From: Callorhinchus milii
Lineage: Eukaryota
NCBI RefSeq assembly: GCF_018977255.1
Contig: NW_024704743.1
Location: 44,022,001 to 44,086,000, forward strand
DNA length: 64,000 nt
Reading direction: 5' to 3'
Every line of letters begins with the position of its first letter. The first letter of the stretch is position 1. The position numbers and the translations under genes were made by a program. Shown piece by piece: positions 1 through 12,670 of this stretch. The notes beneath the pieces are model-generated. The model had not been told where the DNA came from, made no database searches, and saw only the letters and a program-made list of their open reading frames with translations.

Positions 1-87
1 GTCCAAAGGCAACCACTCTGAATGCCCCATTCCCCCCACCTCAGCGCAAAGCCCATCGGTCCCTGATCCCAGGGGCCAACTGCTCCT

Positions 88-627
88 TCGAATTCAAGAT
101 CCTCATCCTCACCTACAAGGCCATTCACGGCCTTGCTCCCTCCTACCTCTCCAACCTACTATCCCCCTACCTACCTGCCCGTACCCTCCGTTCCTCTGGC
201 TCCGGTCTGCTCCACGTCCCCCGCCCCAACCGCCCTACCATCGGTGGTCGGGCCTTCAGCCTCTCAGCCCCCAGGCTCTGGAACTCCATCCCCCAGTGCC
301 TTCGCCGCCTCCTCCCTCTCCTCCTTCAAGGCCGGTCTCAAAACCTTTCTCTTTGACCGAGTCTTCAGCTCCCCTCTCGACTCTCTTCCCCCTCCTCGCT
401 CCCTCCCTTCCCTCCCCTCACCCTGACCATTTCCCCCCTCCTCGCTCCCTCCCTTCCCTCCCCTCCCCTCACCCTGATCATTTCCCCCTCCTCGCTCCCT
501 CCCTTCCCTCCCCTCACCCTGACCATTTCCCCCCTGCTCGGGTCATGACCCAACTGTGCAGCGCCTTGGGACGTCCTCCTGACGTGAAAGGCGCTTTATA
601 AATGGAATCTTGTTGTTGTTGTTGTTG
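88..627 (+). mobile_element. Young L2 3' fragment with (GTT)n tail
   Basis: Closely matches 60057-60497; flanked by TGCTCC direct repeat (81-86, 626-631). Confidence 0.93.
387..535 (+). repeat. Three tandem copies of a ~46-51 bp pyrimidine-rich L2 3'UTR unit
   Basis: 'cccctcctcgctccctcccttccctcccctcaccctgaccatttc' x3; single copy in sister elements at 46013, 56627, 60350. Confidence 0.9.
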
Positions 628-3415
628 CTCCGCCCTCATCACCACATTCCACCACCAACTCTCCCCTCCACATCAGTCTACAAAATGTTCACTCCCTCTC
701 CAATAAAATAATCACCATCCAAGACCTCATTGTCGAGGAAAACATCAACATTCTCACCCTCACTGAAACCTGGGTCACTCCAGGTGACACCTTCCCCTTG
801 ACAGAGGCCACACCACCCAACTACATATTCCATCATACCTCACAACCTAACCACCACAGTTGTGTTGTAGCTCTCATCTCCCGTTCCCCAGTCGGCCCAT
901 CCCCTTACTTCTCTGGAACCTTCCTCTCCTTTGAGCGCCTTACCTTCCATCACCCCTCCAACATTCCCCTCAAAATTCTCCTTACCTATCACCTCCTACC
1001 CCACAAGCACTCCCCACCAACAACTCCACCCTCCAATCTTCCCTCTCCCTCAGCACGTCTCCTTATCCTAGAGGACTTCAACCTTCACTTCACCTCCTTC
1101 TGTTCAACCTCTGACTTCTCCTCCCTCAACCTCTCCACATCATCACCCACATCTGCAGTCACCCCTTCAATCTGATGATCACTTGGGGTCTTACCATCTC
1201 AGACCTCACCATTACCGACAAAGCCATCTCGGAGCATCACTTCATCTCCCTTACCTCCTGAATCTCTCTCCCTATTGCCATCTAACCCACCTCCATCCAC
1301 CCCTGGAAAAAAAAAATCCTCCAAACTACCTAGAGTCATCTGAACTCCTCCCCTCTGGGCTTCTTCCTACAATGACCTATACTCCTCAATCACTCTACTC
1401 CACAACTTCCTCTCCACCACCGTCAATGTGCCCTTGTTCCCCTCACTTCCTGAATCATATCCTACTCACAAAAATCAATAGTACACCAGCCACCTCAGAT
1501 CCCTTAAAGCACAGATGCATGCCGCTAGCTTAAATCCAACTCAATAGTCCATTGGTAGATCCGGCTGGACCATACCAAATTTTACCACTCCGCCCTCACC
1601 TTCGATAAATCATTGTTCTACTCCAAGACAATCTTAGAGTTCAAGGACAACCCCGGGCTTCATTAACAGGCTTCTCCACCCAGCCTCTCACACTTCACCC
1701 ATCCTCTCCTCCAACTCCAACTGCAAGGAGATGCTGGACTTCCTTGAAACCAAAGTCATGGGGGATCCGCTCAGCTGCCTCTGTTCTTCTGTTTACTATG
1801 CCCTCCCCATCTCCCCCTCATACCCGACCCCTATTCATTTCTCCCTCCACACATTTGAACCCATCTCACTCTCCTTTCTATAACCACCACGATGATAACC
1901 TGCATGAAACCAACCACCTGCTTACTCGACTCCATCCCTACCCCTCTCCTTAACCCCAGCTTTGCCCCTCTACTCAGACATAAACCTCTCCCTGTCCACT
2001 GGCACTGTTCCCACCCCTTTAAAAATTGCTGTCATCACTCCTAGTCTCAGAAAACCTCCCTGGACCCATCCGTGCTCTCAAATCACTGCCCCATCTCCAA
2101 CCTCCCTTTCCAAAGTCCTGGAATGAGTCATTGCTTCCCAGCTTTGCTCTTTCTTCTCTCGCCACTCCCTTCATGAATGCCTCCAATCGGGTTTCTGTGC
2201 CAACCACAGCACAGAACTAGCTTTGGTCAAAGTGACAAATGACATTCTGTCCATCTGCAACCAGGGCTCCCTCTGCCTCCTTGACCTCTCTGCTGCCTTT
2301 GATACTGTTAACCACTCTATCCTCCTCCACCCCCTCTCCTCTAACCTCAACCTTCATGGTTCAGATTCGTACCTCTCACACCACCTGCACTTCATCCCCA
2401 CAAAGGTTTCTCCTCTCGCCCCCATACGGTCTCGTACAGAATTTCTCAGGACTCTGTCCTTAGTGCCCTCCTTTTCAATATTGATATGCTCTCTTGGTGA
2501 CATCATCCACAGACATGGGGTTAACTTCCACATGTATGCAGATGACACCTAACTATCTCTCTGCCTCCACCCTCGACTCCAGGACCACTACTGACCTGAC
2601 AGAACGTCTGACAGGTATCAAGTCCTGGATGAGAGCCAATTTTCTTTAGTTGAAGATCAACAAGACCAGAGCCCTAACTGATCAGCACCTCCACACCTCA
2701 GGTACTGACAACATCACCATCCAAGGATGCACACTCCACCTTACTAAGCCAGTCCAGAACCTTGGTGTCTTATTTGACCCTCAACTATCCTTTTTACCCC
2801 ACATTCGTGCCATGACCCGCTCTGCCTTCCCCACCACATAACCCGACTCTGCCAATGTCTCACACTGTAGCCTGCCAAATCATCATACATACGTTCATAA
2901 CATCCAGGCTCGACTAGGCAAACTTCCTGCTTGTCGGCCTCCCCAAAACCTCCCACCCACAGGCTGCAGATCATCCAGAACTCTGCAGCTCGTGTCCTTA
3001 TCCTCACTTCACTCCACTGGCTTCCCATCACACAGAGGATACAGTTCAAGATCCTGCTGCTCACCTTCAAAACCTCCATGGCCTTGCTCCACCTACCTCT
3101 GCAACTTCCTAGCCCCCTACCAAGCTGCCCACTCCCTCTGCTTAGCGGGCTCTGGCCTGCTTCACTTCTCCCACTTTACTTTGGTGGGTGGGCCTTCAGT
3201 CACTCTGCCCCCACCCTCTGGGACACCATCCGGTAGTCCATCTGCCTCACCCCCTCCCTTGCCTCCTTCAAGATCCATCTCAAGATCCTCCTTCAACTGT
3301 GCCTTTGGTCACATTTCTTCCCCACCTGCCCTCCAAACTCCCCAGCTCGGGTCCGAAACAGTGCCTTGGGAGTCCTCCTGATGTGAAAAGCGCTTTTCAC
3401 ATCATTTTGTTGTTG

Positions 3416-3655
3416 TTTACCTAGTGGCAAGTAGGAAACGAGTCATTTGTTTGATTCACCATTGAATGTCGTGCTTTCAGCCACTACGCCCAAAATTTTG
3501 GCTTACGGCCACCTTCCCCCTCCGGCCTGGCTCAGAGACAGACTGCCACTGTTAAGTGTTCTGAGACACTCCCCTGCATTGAGGGCACTATATAAGTGCA
3601 AGTTGTTGTTAATTGGCAGATTGCTTTCTGAGGTAATAATCCCTTTAAAAAAATA
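3416..3655 (+). mobile_element. SINE central-domain fragment split by an L2-type 3' fragment (~3462-3610)
   Basis: 'tttacctagtggcaagtaggaaac' and 'attggcagattgctttctgaggtaataatccc' are consecutive parts of the long SINE (compare 60585-60657); the intervening piece ends 'gcactatataagtgcaagttgttgtt'. Confidence 0.55.
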
Positions 3656-3985
3656 GGGAGCAGGGGCTGGGAGATGAGATGGTTGTGAGGAACAAGGGAG
3701 AAATGGATGCAAAGGAGTGTAGGACTAGTACGAGCAATGGCATATGAGGGATGTTGACGTTATGAGGGGAGGGAGAGGATGCAGCCATGTGGATGTTGTC
3801 TATTTTAGATGTAAAGAAGTCCATGACCTCTTGGCACTTGAGATGAAGTTTGAGGGAGCTTGAAGGGGTCGGGGGAGGATTGGTGGTGAACAGGAGAGCA
3901 CGAAGACTGGTTGGCTCAATTTGGGGAAGGAGTTTTGAGAGTGTGCAAGAACATCAAGTCTGTGCAGAAAGTAGAGTGGGGCTAA
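3656..3985 (-). mobile_element. Old L2 internal fragment
   Basis: Purine-rich; 'agaagtccatgacctcttggcacttgag' resembles the reverse complement of the L2 'CEEMLDFL' region. Confidence 0.55.
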
Positions 3986-5079
3986 CATCTGTAAAATTGG
4001 TGTTACAAAACATCTGTTTCAGTTTTCTTTTATCTTAAAATGGCTAGAGGACAGCTTTCATTCCCTCAAATCTCTAAACCTGCTTTACTTTATACTGTGT
4101 TAGTCCTTCGATACTGTTTTCCAGAGATTAAAGAGTTACTTGTTCTGAACTGCTCACTTACTTGTTTTCTGCTTACGCCTCAAGGGAGCAAGAGGAGAGA
4201 AAGAGAAAGGATGAAAGCTCATGCTAATACGCGCAGGCTGCACCACTGCTCATGACTCTCAAGGTAGAAAGGTAAGACTTCAGTCAGTATAGATCATTTA
4301 AATGCTATTCCTTATGTTGAAGCATTTCTGTTGTTAAAACTAAATACAGAGCCAAATTACTAAATGAGTTTAACTGATCTGAATCAAATATAATTTATAG
4401 AACAGTTTAGATAATTACGTACCACTAAATTGATAATAACATTGAACCTCATAACAAATAAAAGATTTATCCTAAAGCTATTTTCTTGACAGAAAATTGT
4501 TTCTCTTTGCATATCCTCCAATTTCTCCTGATAACTAAAGCCTCTCATTCCTTGTATCATTCTTGTAAATCTTTTCTGCACCCCTGTAAATAAAAGACAA
4601 CTTCTCAATTTTGTATTTTATAAATGACAGTACAGATATTCAAGTTTCAGACTTTCAGCAAATCTGCACTATCAAAATCATTCTGGTTGTTGGTCCCTTC
4701 CTTATAGGGATGAGAAAAACCAACACCATATCACACCAATGTCAAGAACAGCCTGCAAGTAACATCACTTTGCAAGAGATGCAAAGAGAAACAATTTTTA
4801 TGATTTTATAATTTGTTCTGTAATAGTTTTACCCAACCGTTCCATTGAAGGAAGATTTAATGCTCCAGCTAGAGTTTCTACAGCTGAAACTTTTTTTTTT
4901 GTTGATCCCTCATGTTGCCATACATCTCTTGTTCTAATTTCTCTGCTATAACTCATTTAATTATTTGGCATGATTTCTAGTTCCCACTATTTCTCACTGC
5001 GTAGATATGGCAGCTATGGGTTACTAACCTTTAACAACAACAGCTTGCATTGATTTAACACCCTTCATGAAGGATAATG

Positions 5080-5525
5080 GTGATGAGACCCACTAAGCCT
5101 GGCTCTTCAACAAGACCTGGAAGGGCCTACCAGTCACTGGGGACAGGGACTCCTCCCACTTCTGTTAATTATGCAAGCCAAAGCTCTAATAAGCTTGGTG
5201 TTCCTAGCTGGACAAGCAGTGGGAAAGCTTGCCAGACTTTGCTATCAATGGCAAACTATGTGGTTTTAGCTGGTTAGACACCAGCAGAAACTCAACACAC
5301 ATTCTGGGGTCCCCAAGTCTTGGCTCTTGCTAACCTGCGTCTAATACCCTTTGAAATTAGGTAAGCAAGATACATCACTCCATGCGAGAGTGCACATTCT
5401 ATTCCAATAAATATTTTGTGAATTTCCATGTATAGGTGGGAAGCATGGAACTCTCAGTTTGGTTACTCTTAAGCATGGTGATGGGTTTCTGCATGTGTCA
5501 GACACCCAGCTGACAAGGAAAAACA
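5080..5525 (+). mobile_element. 3' end of an unclassified non-LTR element (probable I-group LINE) with 10-bp TSD
   Basis: AAGGATAATG at 5070-5079 and 5526-5535; A-rich 3' end; homologous to 48410-48600, 61960-63000, 63200-63545. Confidence 0.75.
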
Positions 5526-5730
5526 AAGGATAATGTCTCAGAGCACTTCACATCAGTGGGATTGGACACTGAACTAGGAGAGAGAGACAACCATAGGTAT
5601 GGGTGAAAGATGGGTTTTAAGGTGGGATTTGAAAATAGAGGGGGTGAGATGGAAGGCAGAGAGCTCCTGAGGTTAGGGGGCTTAATGATTGAAGGTTTTG
5701 CCAGTGATGGTGGCACACCTGGTCTTTGTT

Positions 5731-5824
5731 AACAACAACAACAAGATTCCATTTATAAAGCGCCTTTCATGTCAGGAGGACGTCCCAAGGCGCTGCACAG
5801 TTGGGTCATGACCCGAGCAGGGGG
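5731..5824 (-). mobile_element. Young L2 terminal ~95 bp
   Basis: Reverse complement of ~533-627 with about one mismatch; GTTAAC on both flanks. Confidence 0.9.
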
Positions 5825-6699
5825 TTAACTGAGCATAGAGGGTGAACAGAAGAGTGGGGTATGAGCAGGTCAGAGACATAAAGAGGTACTGGATGTGAAG
5901 AGATTTATTTATAAGGATGCGGATCTTGAAATCGATACATTCAGAGACAGGTAATCAATGTAACTGGAAAAAGTGACATTACTTTTTTGTAATACAATCA
6001 TTGGACTAATATTTGTGAAGGCTATTGGAGTGAAACAATGGAGATGTTAATAAGAAATTCCATTAGAATTCCCATTGACCAAGGAGAGAGCATAGCTTGG
6101 AAAGGGAATAGATGGAAGTGGAATTCCCATAAGGTACTTCCGGTTATTGGAAAAAGAACCTATTTGCAAAATTCATATTCCTAATTAAGCAATCTTAAGA
6201 AATATCACAATTTAAACCTCATTGTGTGCATCCCTGTTCAATCTAATGTACATATCGCATTATCAATGACAGGAGCTCACAATATTGAATTATTATGGTG
6301 GTTTTGACCCTAACATCATCATCTACTCATGAAACTACAGTTAAAAGGCTGCCAGAAAACTTAACAGAGCTATGCAAACCGCAGTGTTTGTCAAATTGAG
6401 TTGAATTATGAGGTTGAATTAGAGGCCATCCATAATTGCCGTCATTTTCACAAATGCACAGAGTACTCTGGGGGAGGTTGTTAATGTTCCATATATCAGA
6501 TGTAAGAATAATGATCAAATTCCATTTTTTTTGCAATGTGCTTTTTAAAAAAGACAAAACTGTACGGCTTTGTACATTTAGAAAAAATGGCAATTATGGA
6601 TGCTCTATTGCTTTGTTCTGATTGATAGCTCACTGCATACATTTCTGCAGAGTTTGAAACTGTGAGCAAATTCAGAAGCAAGGCACCAAAATGAAATGG

Positions 6700-7000
6700 C
6701 TTGCATTTTTATAGTATCTTATAGTGTTGAAACTTTGCAGAGAAATGCAAGAGCAATTTCTGTAATTTGTAATGACTGCTATTTTTGTAAGCAAACATGG
6801 CAGCCTTTTGCACTAGTAAAGACCCACAAACATCTATGAGATGACAAAGACACCATAAGAAATCTTCATATCTTTTGAAATCGTATCGTGAGATCTTTAA
6901 CATACATAAAAAAAGGCAGAATCTGACTGGCTTACTGTCTGATCCAAAAGATTATACCTCGTACAATACAGCATTCTCCAGTATTGCACTGGAGTGTCAC
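6700..7000 (-). mobile_element. Decayed Deu-domain SINE
   Basis: 'gagatctttaacat...ccaaaaga...cagcattctccagtattgcactggagtgtca' and 'cccacaaaca' match the better copy at 40340-40680. Confidence 0.65.
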
Positions 7001-7606
7001 ACTGTCATCTCGAATCCCAACACAAGACGTAAAATTAATCAAAATTCTTAACTTTAACAGACTTCCTGAATTTAAGATCGCTTTTGACCAATTAGGAACT
7101 CATTTGTCAGCAGTGAAATATTATTGCTTTTTTTTTTATACGAAATGTTTGAAAAGTTGCCCAAGACTGGCAGAAACTATTCAGGCTTGCAGAGCTTTGC
7201 TCTCCTTTCTAAGATTGCCTTGAAAACTGTTCTGTGCAAGTTGATCACAGGTACAACCCAAACTTGCTTACTTTGAACAGGGTCTGATTCGTCACTCTAG
7301 AAAAAGCATAAAAACACTTGGAGTATCTGGCAGTCAGTTCAGATTGTTTATTTTATTGTTGTGAAGGGCTCCTCAGTGAGGTCAGAAATAGCATTGTGGA
7401 TACAACCCTCAATCGATAATGAATATTCAGGTGAAGGGCTGAAGGCTTGTATTATAAAGTGCAATATCAAGCTCCTCCTCCTCGCTACTTTCTCACTTTG
7501 GTCCATTTCAGGTTGCGACACTCACTTATAATCCCATACAGCAATAATGGACACTACAGATTCTGGGGCAAAGCTTCAACATCAATCATACAGAAATAAT
7601 TCTTAG

Positions 7607-8025
7607 TAAACAACAACTTGCATTTTTATAGCGCCATTCAAGCCGGACAGCATCTCTGAGCGCTTAACAGTGACGAAGCCTGATGCCAAGCCAGTGGGAG
7701 GGAGAAGGTGACTGTAGGCACGGTTGAAGAGGAAGGTCTTCTAACACAACCTGAAAAAGGGGAGAGGGGGCTAGGTGAAGGGATTGAGGGAGAGAGTTCC
7801 ACAGCTTCAGGACGTAGTGGCTGGTAACTCGGCTGCTGATGGTGGGGCAGAGGGTACAGGGGGTAAGGAGGAGGCTAGAGCCAGTCAAGCGGAAGCAGCT
7901 GTTTGTAGTTTAGGGAGAGAGCAGGTTAGAGAGATAGGGAGGTGCCAGAGCATAAAGGGATTTAAATACAAGAATGAGGAACTCGAAGTCAATCCGCTCC
8001 ATGACAGGGAGTCAAACCTGGCTTG
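7607..8025 (-). mobile_element. L2 3' fragment
   Basis: (AAC)n tail; minus-strand translation LKLWNSLPQSL; reverse of 'tcgagttcctcattcttgtatttaaa'. Confidence 0.8.
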
Positions 8026-8484
8026 ATTGGTTGTCTTACCACATTCAAACCATAATTAATAAGTAAGGAAAGAATTGTGATTTTGACAAATGTGACAGCA
8101 ACTGTTAGCCTGACTCTGGGATCTAAATTACAATAATTCTTAACAGCATTCCTGAATAACTACTCCAAGGCTCATGTGGGGATTCCTTCTGGAAATCAGA
8201 AGTTTGTTTCTTCCACACTGCTCTCTGATCTACTTCCAAAAATGATCATCATTATATGACAAGACTCTGGTAGCAGAAAGGAGCCTTCACTTGGGACACG
8301 GAGTCTTTAATATAGAATCTAGTTCCAAATTGCCAACTTTATGCCCCACTATTATATTATCAGGCCTTTTCTTGCTGCAAAGCAAATAATAATTAAGTTT
8401 TCCTTTTTGAATTTGTTATGACTGTTACACCTCCAGTGTCCGAAGGATACCGTATTTTGGTGCACACACACACATGCAGACATT

Positions 8485-8660
8485 ATGGGTTTCAAGAATA
8501 AAGTAGACAAGTATATGAAAGAGAAAGGTTCATAGAGGTATGGATATAGGATGGGGCTATGAGGTTGAATGGATATCTTGCACTCAGAGCTGGTGCAGAC
8601 TCGCTGGGCCAAATAGCCTCCCTCTGCACAGTAAATTTCTATAATTCTATGATTCTAAGT
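8485..8660 (+). mobile_element. CR1 3' end
   Basis: FKNKVDKYMKEKG-like C-terminus, then 'gggccaaatagcctccctctgcac' and (ATTCTATG)-type tail. Confidence 0.75.
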
Positions 8661-8784
8661 GCAGAGCTTTTCAGGACCTCCCTACAAAAGAGAATTGGGA
8701 GAGAATATCTCCCCTCACAAAGCTGTCAAAACTCTCTCCACATGCAGAATACTCTGACCTCACTCATTCAAGCATTGAAATTAA

Positions 8785-8925
8785 CCTCATTGGCTGTGCC
8801 GGCTCTTTGGAACAGCTACCCAATCAGTCCCACTCCCCCATCCTTTTCCCACACCCCTGCAAATGTTTCCTTTTCAAGTGCCTGTCTAATTCTCTTTAGA
8901 AAGTTGGTATTGAATCTGTTTCCAA
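8785..8925 (-). mobile_element. CR1 3' end fragment
   Basis: 'gccggctctttggaacagcta...cccactcccc' is the reverse complement of the CR1 3'UTR type seen at 39680-39740. Confidence 0.6.
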
Positions 8926-11159
8926 AAGTCATCTCCCCCGCCTGCTCAGTGTCTGTCCCCACCGCAGTAAAGTGCTGTAAAACATTATTCTACATGAAGG
9001 GCACTATACAAATGTAATTTGCTGTTGTATGGAGGAAAAAGCAGGAATTAGAGTGGATGACTCCTTGGAGGAATAAACAATGAAATAAAAAAGTGAGCCA
9101 AATACCCTCCTACTGTGGTATGCATTTCCATGGTTCTATCGAATTATGCTAGTTCCATTGACAAGGTACAACACAATTCAACATTCAATGTCAAACAGAA
9201 AGGCAAAAGAAATGTGCACTGCAGTTTTATAGCAGATATGTAAAGAAAAATTCTAAAGCTGCATTTTGATTACAGGAAGCACTTAATATGAATGTGCTAA
9301 AAGGACTCCATAAAGGGATTTCACTTCACCACATCTCATTACCTGACAAGGCCTGAAATGTCACAGTGGGAAAAGATCACTGAAAATTAGGTTGGAGCAG
9401 AATCACTGGGCGGAACTGCATTTCCATTAGCTTGGAAATACCAGTCCTGGTGCTATTTATATTGATTTGGGGAATATAAATGATCATTTGTTTAAGATCC
9501 CAGAAATAAGAGGAAAGAAAGGACAAAATGTACTATCCTAATCTTCGCAAAACAGACTGCTCTACACACAAAGGAACTAGTCAATTACCTCCAAACAATG
9601 CAGTTCAAGTCCCTAAACACCAGTAAGCTGCATTTTTCAGATTAGATAGAATGAAAACAAATGTAAAAGCCATTCATGCTAAAAATTGAACCTGAAATTA
9701 CAGCATAGATAAATATTGACTATTTGCACTCAAACAACAACATTTGAGAAACATACATTATGTCTAGTATAACCCATAAAGCTAAACCCATAAAGACACA
9801 TTACTTTTTATTATTTGCATGTTTTATTATTCTTCAAACTCTGAACACCGCACTACATACAAAGGTGGAATTGTCTGATATTGGGATCTATCAGTCACTA
9901 ATCATCATAAATAGCTGTTGTTGAAGAGCAGTGCACCCCATAAAAGAGCATAGGTCATGCCCCAAAAACAAAACCTGCACAATGGTTTTAACAAAAGGGC
10001 TTATTTTGAAAAGCAAAGCTCTTACCTTTTTACCTCTGTCTTCTTCAGACTCCCCTTACTGCTCTATAGCACCCAGCTATATACTGGTGACCATTAGCCT
10101 GTGGCAAGTGCCCAATTAGCACTGAGGGCTGGAATACCAAACAAGCCTGATTGAAGTCCAGTCCTTGTTAGCTCCCTTCATTGAGGCATCTTTAATCGTG
10201 TCACCAAAAAANTGTTCCTTTACACGTAGGTTGAGTGGCAATAACCAAGCAATCACATGGTTTATCCCTTATCACATCCTTACTATATAACAGTAATAAC
10301 TTAAAAACTTGCATTCATAGCTCCCTTCCTGTTGAATAACATCTCAGAGTATTTACAGTGACAATGTTGAATGCTGAGCAAGAGAAAGGGGATTGAATGA
10401 CCATAGGTCCAGTCAAAGTAGGTTTTAAGAAGGAAATTAGACAGAGAGAAAGAGGGTATTCCAGAGATTATGGAGATTTATCTTTTCATTATAGAAAAAA
10501 ACTTTACTGTGAAAATGCAAGGAATTTAATAATAATATGGAATTTAATTTCTGTGGTAAAGCAACTTGAATTGTTTTGTTTTTCACACAGGTTACCAAAT
10601 TCAGCAGAAGAGTCCCAATCCCCAGTTATCAATGGAACTTTTACTTATTCTTTATAAGCACAGAACTCTCAGCTCCCAATTATTGACTATGGGTAAGGAA
10701 CCACGGCCTAAATGTTTCAGCTAAGCAACACCTCATGCATAGAATTACATAGACTGTATAGCACCGAATCAGGACAGTTTGTGCCTGTATTTAAACTCCA
10801 TGCCTCCAAAGCCCTTCTCCCCTTTATTTGCTTCTCCTTCATATATCCAGCAAGTTTCTTCTTAATCCCTGATTGGATACTTACCCAATTTTTAGTGGAT
10901 TACCAGAAACTCAATAAATCACTGAAAGATGCTGGGAGGGTAAAGAAACTTGCTAGTGGGGCAGTGCCTTGGGATGTTCTCCCGACGTGAAAGGTGCAAT
11001 ACAAATGTAATTTGTTGTTGTGTTGAGGGAAGATTTACTTATATAGAAAGTAAGTGCATAAAGTTGAAAGGGGAAAACAATGACCACCTGTATGTCTGCT
11101 TTTCTGGATCAGGGCTCAGATATCTAAGTAAGGTTGGGTTAAAATGTCTAGAATATATT

Positions 11160-11640
11160 ACAAACCCAGACAGCAAAAAAAAGACACAGACAATTAGAGA
11201 CAGAGACGCACAGCTAGAGAGGCACAGGCAAACAGAGTGGCACACAGACAGTTAGACGCAGACAGATAGAGACAATGGGCACACAGACAGTTAGAGAAAC
11301 GCACACAGACAGAGTGACTCCCACAGACAGAGTTAGACAGAGAAAAAGAGTTAGACAGAGAAAAACACAGTTAGATAGAGAAAATCGTAGTTAGAAAAAA
11401 ACACAGTTAGACACACGCACAGTTAAACAGAGAAACGCACAGATAGAAAGACATACACAGATTGTTAGAGATACACACACAGATACACACAGATGGAGAG
11501 ACACATACGTACAGATATAGAGCAACACAGACAGTTAGAGAAAGAGAGGAACACACATAGTTCAAGAGAGAGAGAGAGAGAGAGGTACATACACACAAAC
11601 AGTTAGAGAAAGATACACACACAGAGTTAGATATACATAT
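11160..11640. repeat. Degenerate CA/GA-rich simple repeat (recurring 'cacacagacagttagaga')
   Basis: Direct inspection; includes a pure (GA)n run near 11565-11584. Confidence 0.9.
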
Positions 11641-12157
11641 AAGCCTGGAACCCAAACAATTTTCATATCTGCAATGCTGTCAGTCTCAATTAATGAAGCT
11701 ATTAGGCTCTCTACTGTAATTTGAAATCTTAATTATCTATTCCTTTTAATAAATAGTAATCATCTCTCCTCCAGTTGTGAGCATTCTATTTAAAGTCACT
11801 ATCTGTGTGATTTGACCACATTCACCTCTCAGATTAGTCGCTTCTCTTTTTAAGGAGGTTTATCATCAACACAACTGTGTGTATGCTGAGGATGGTTTCA
11901 GCTGCCTCTGTATTTAGCAAATTGGTGTTTTCCAACACCTCAGGACCTTCACCAGCATCTCATGGACTGGCACGTATCTGTCTGCAGGAGGCTGCAATGC
12001 AGTGCTCTTAGGACAGAAAATATAGGTTACATTTTTGCTCCATTGTTTGGGAATAGTGTAGGAAAGGTAACATTTCTCTCCAGTGGCTGAGTGGCACCAC
12101 TCCCCCCCCCCACAGTTTGATTTTTCAGTCTGTTGTTTGAGGTGCTTTGAGACATTT

Positions 12158-12479
12158 GTGGAGTCCTGTTGCTCAGTGGTTAGAGCACTCGCTTTGCAAG
12201 CGAGACACCTGGGTTCAATTCCAGGCAGAGGGCGAAACCTTGGGCAAGTTTCCTTACTCCAGATGCTTAGTAATAATCCCTCCAAAACAAATGAAACAAT
12301 AATAAATTGGTCATTTTCAATCCACGACTGTTTGTGGGACACTGGTGTGCGGAATTGGCTGCCGCGTTTCGCCCACAAATATACAGCCAATTCACTTTAC
12401 AGCATATTCTGTGAAGCGCTTTGAGACATCTAGAAGACGTGAAAAGCGCTATATCAAATGCAAGGATTATTATTATTAT
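12158..12479 (+). mobile_element. tRNA-Ala-derived SINE, short form, older tail
   Basis: A-box 'tgctcagtgg', anticodon-like hairpin CTCGC-TTTGCAA-GCGAG, B-box 'ggttcaattcc', L2-like tail, (ATT)n. Confidence 0.93.
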
Positions 12480-12670
12480 ATCCCGCCAATCTGTAAGGCT
12501 TTAAATTGTTGTCTTTTAAAAACAATCTGTATCTTTGGTCAACATCCTCAAATTCCCTCTCTTTCCCTCCCAGCTCAATGATTCCAATTGTCGTTGAGAT
12601 GTGCTTCACGATTATTTGATATTTGTCCCATGGGAAAGACGTTATATAAGTGCAAGTTGTTGTTGATGGA

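Larger units (their letters stand above)
1..3416 (+). mobile_element. Older decayed L2-clade LINE (ORF2 remnants: APE endonuclease + RT), interrupted at 87-627 by a younger L2 fragment
   Basis: From ~668 reads HISLQNVHSLSNK...ILTLTETW (APE N-terminus), later [28 protein letters not shown] (2223-2552), LHWLPI..RIQFKILLL. Ends in L2 tail 'cttgggagtcctcctgatgtgaaaagcgc...ttgttgttg'. Many stops and frameshifts. Assigning 1-86 to this element rests on the TSD. Confidence 0.9.
5033..5965 (-). mobile_element. Old L2 3' part, interrupted by inserts at 5080-5525 and 5731-5824
   Basis: Tail 'aacaacaacagcttgcatt' at 5033 resumes at 5526 ('ggataatgtctcagagcacttcaca') and runs to 'ggatcttgaaatcgat' (reverse of the IDFKIL motif). 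Confidence 0.7.

Noticed and set aside
133..601. Pro/Ser-rich ORFs (also 56616-56973, 59648-60394)
   Set aside because: Alternative frames of C-rich L2 sequence.
4125..4271. Possible exon ending at AAG|GTAAGA, with a collagen-like GARGEK reading
   Set aside because: Stops in all three frames; no supporting neighbouring exons.
11039..11655. Cys/Val-rich ORFs (also 57464-57787)
   Set aside because: Translations of CA/GA simple repeats.
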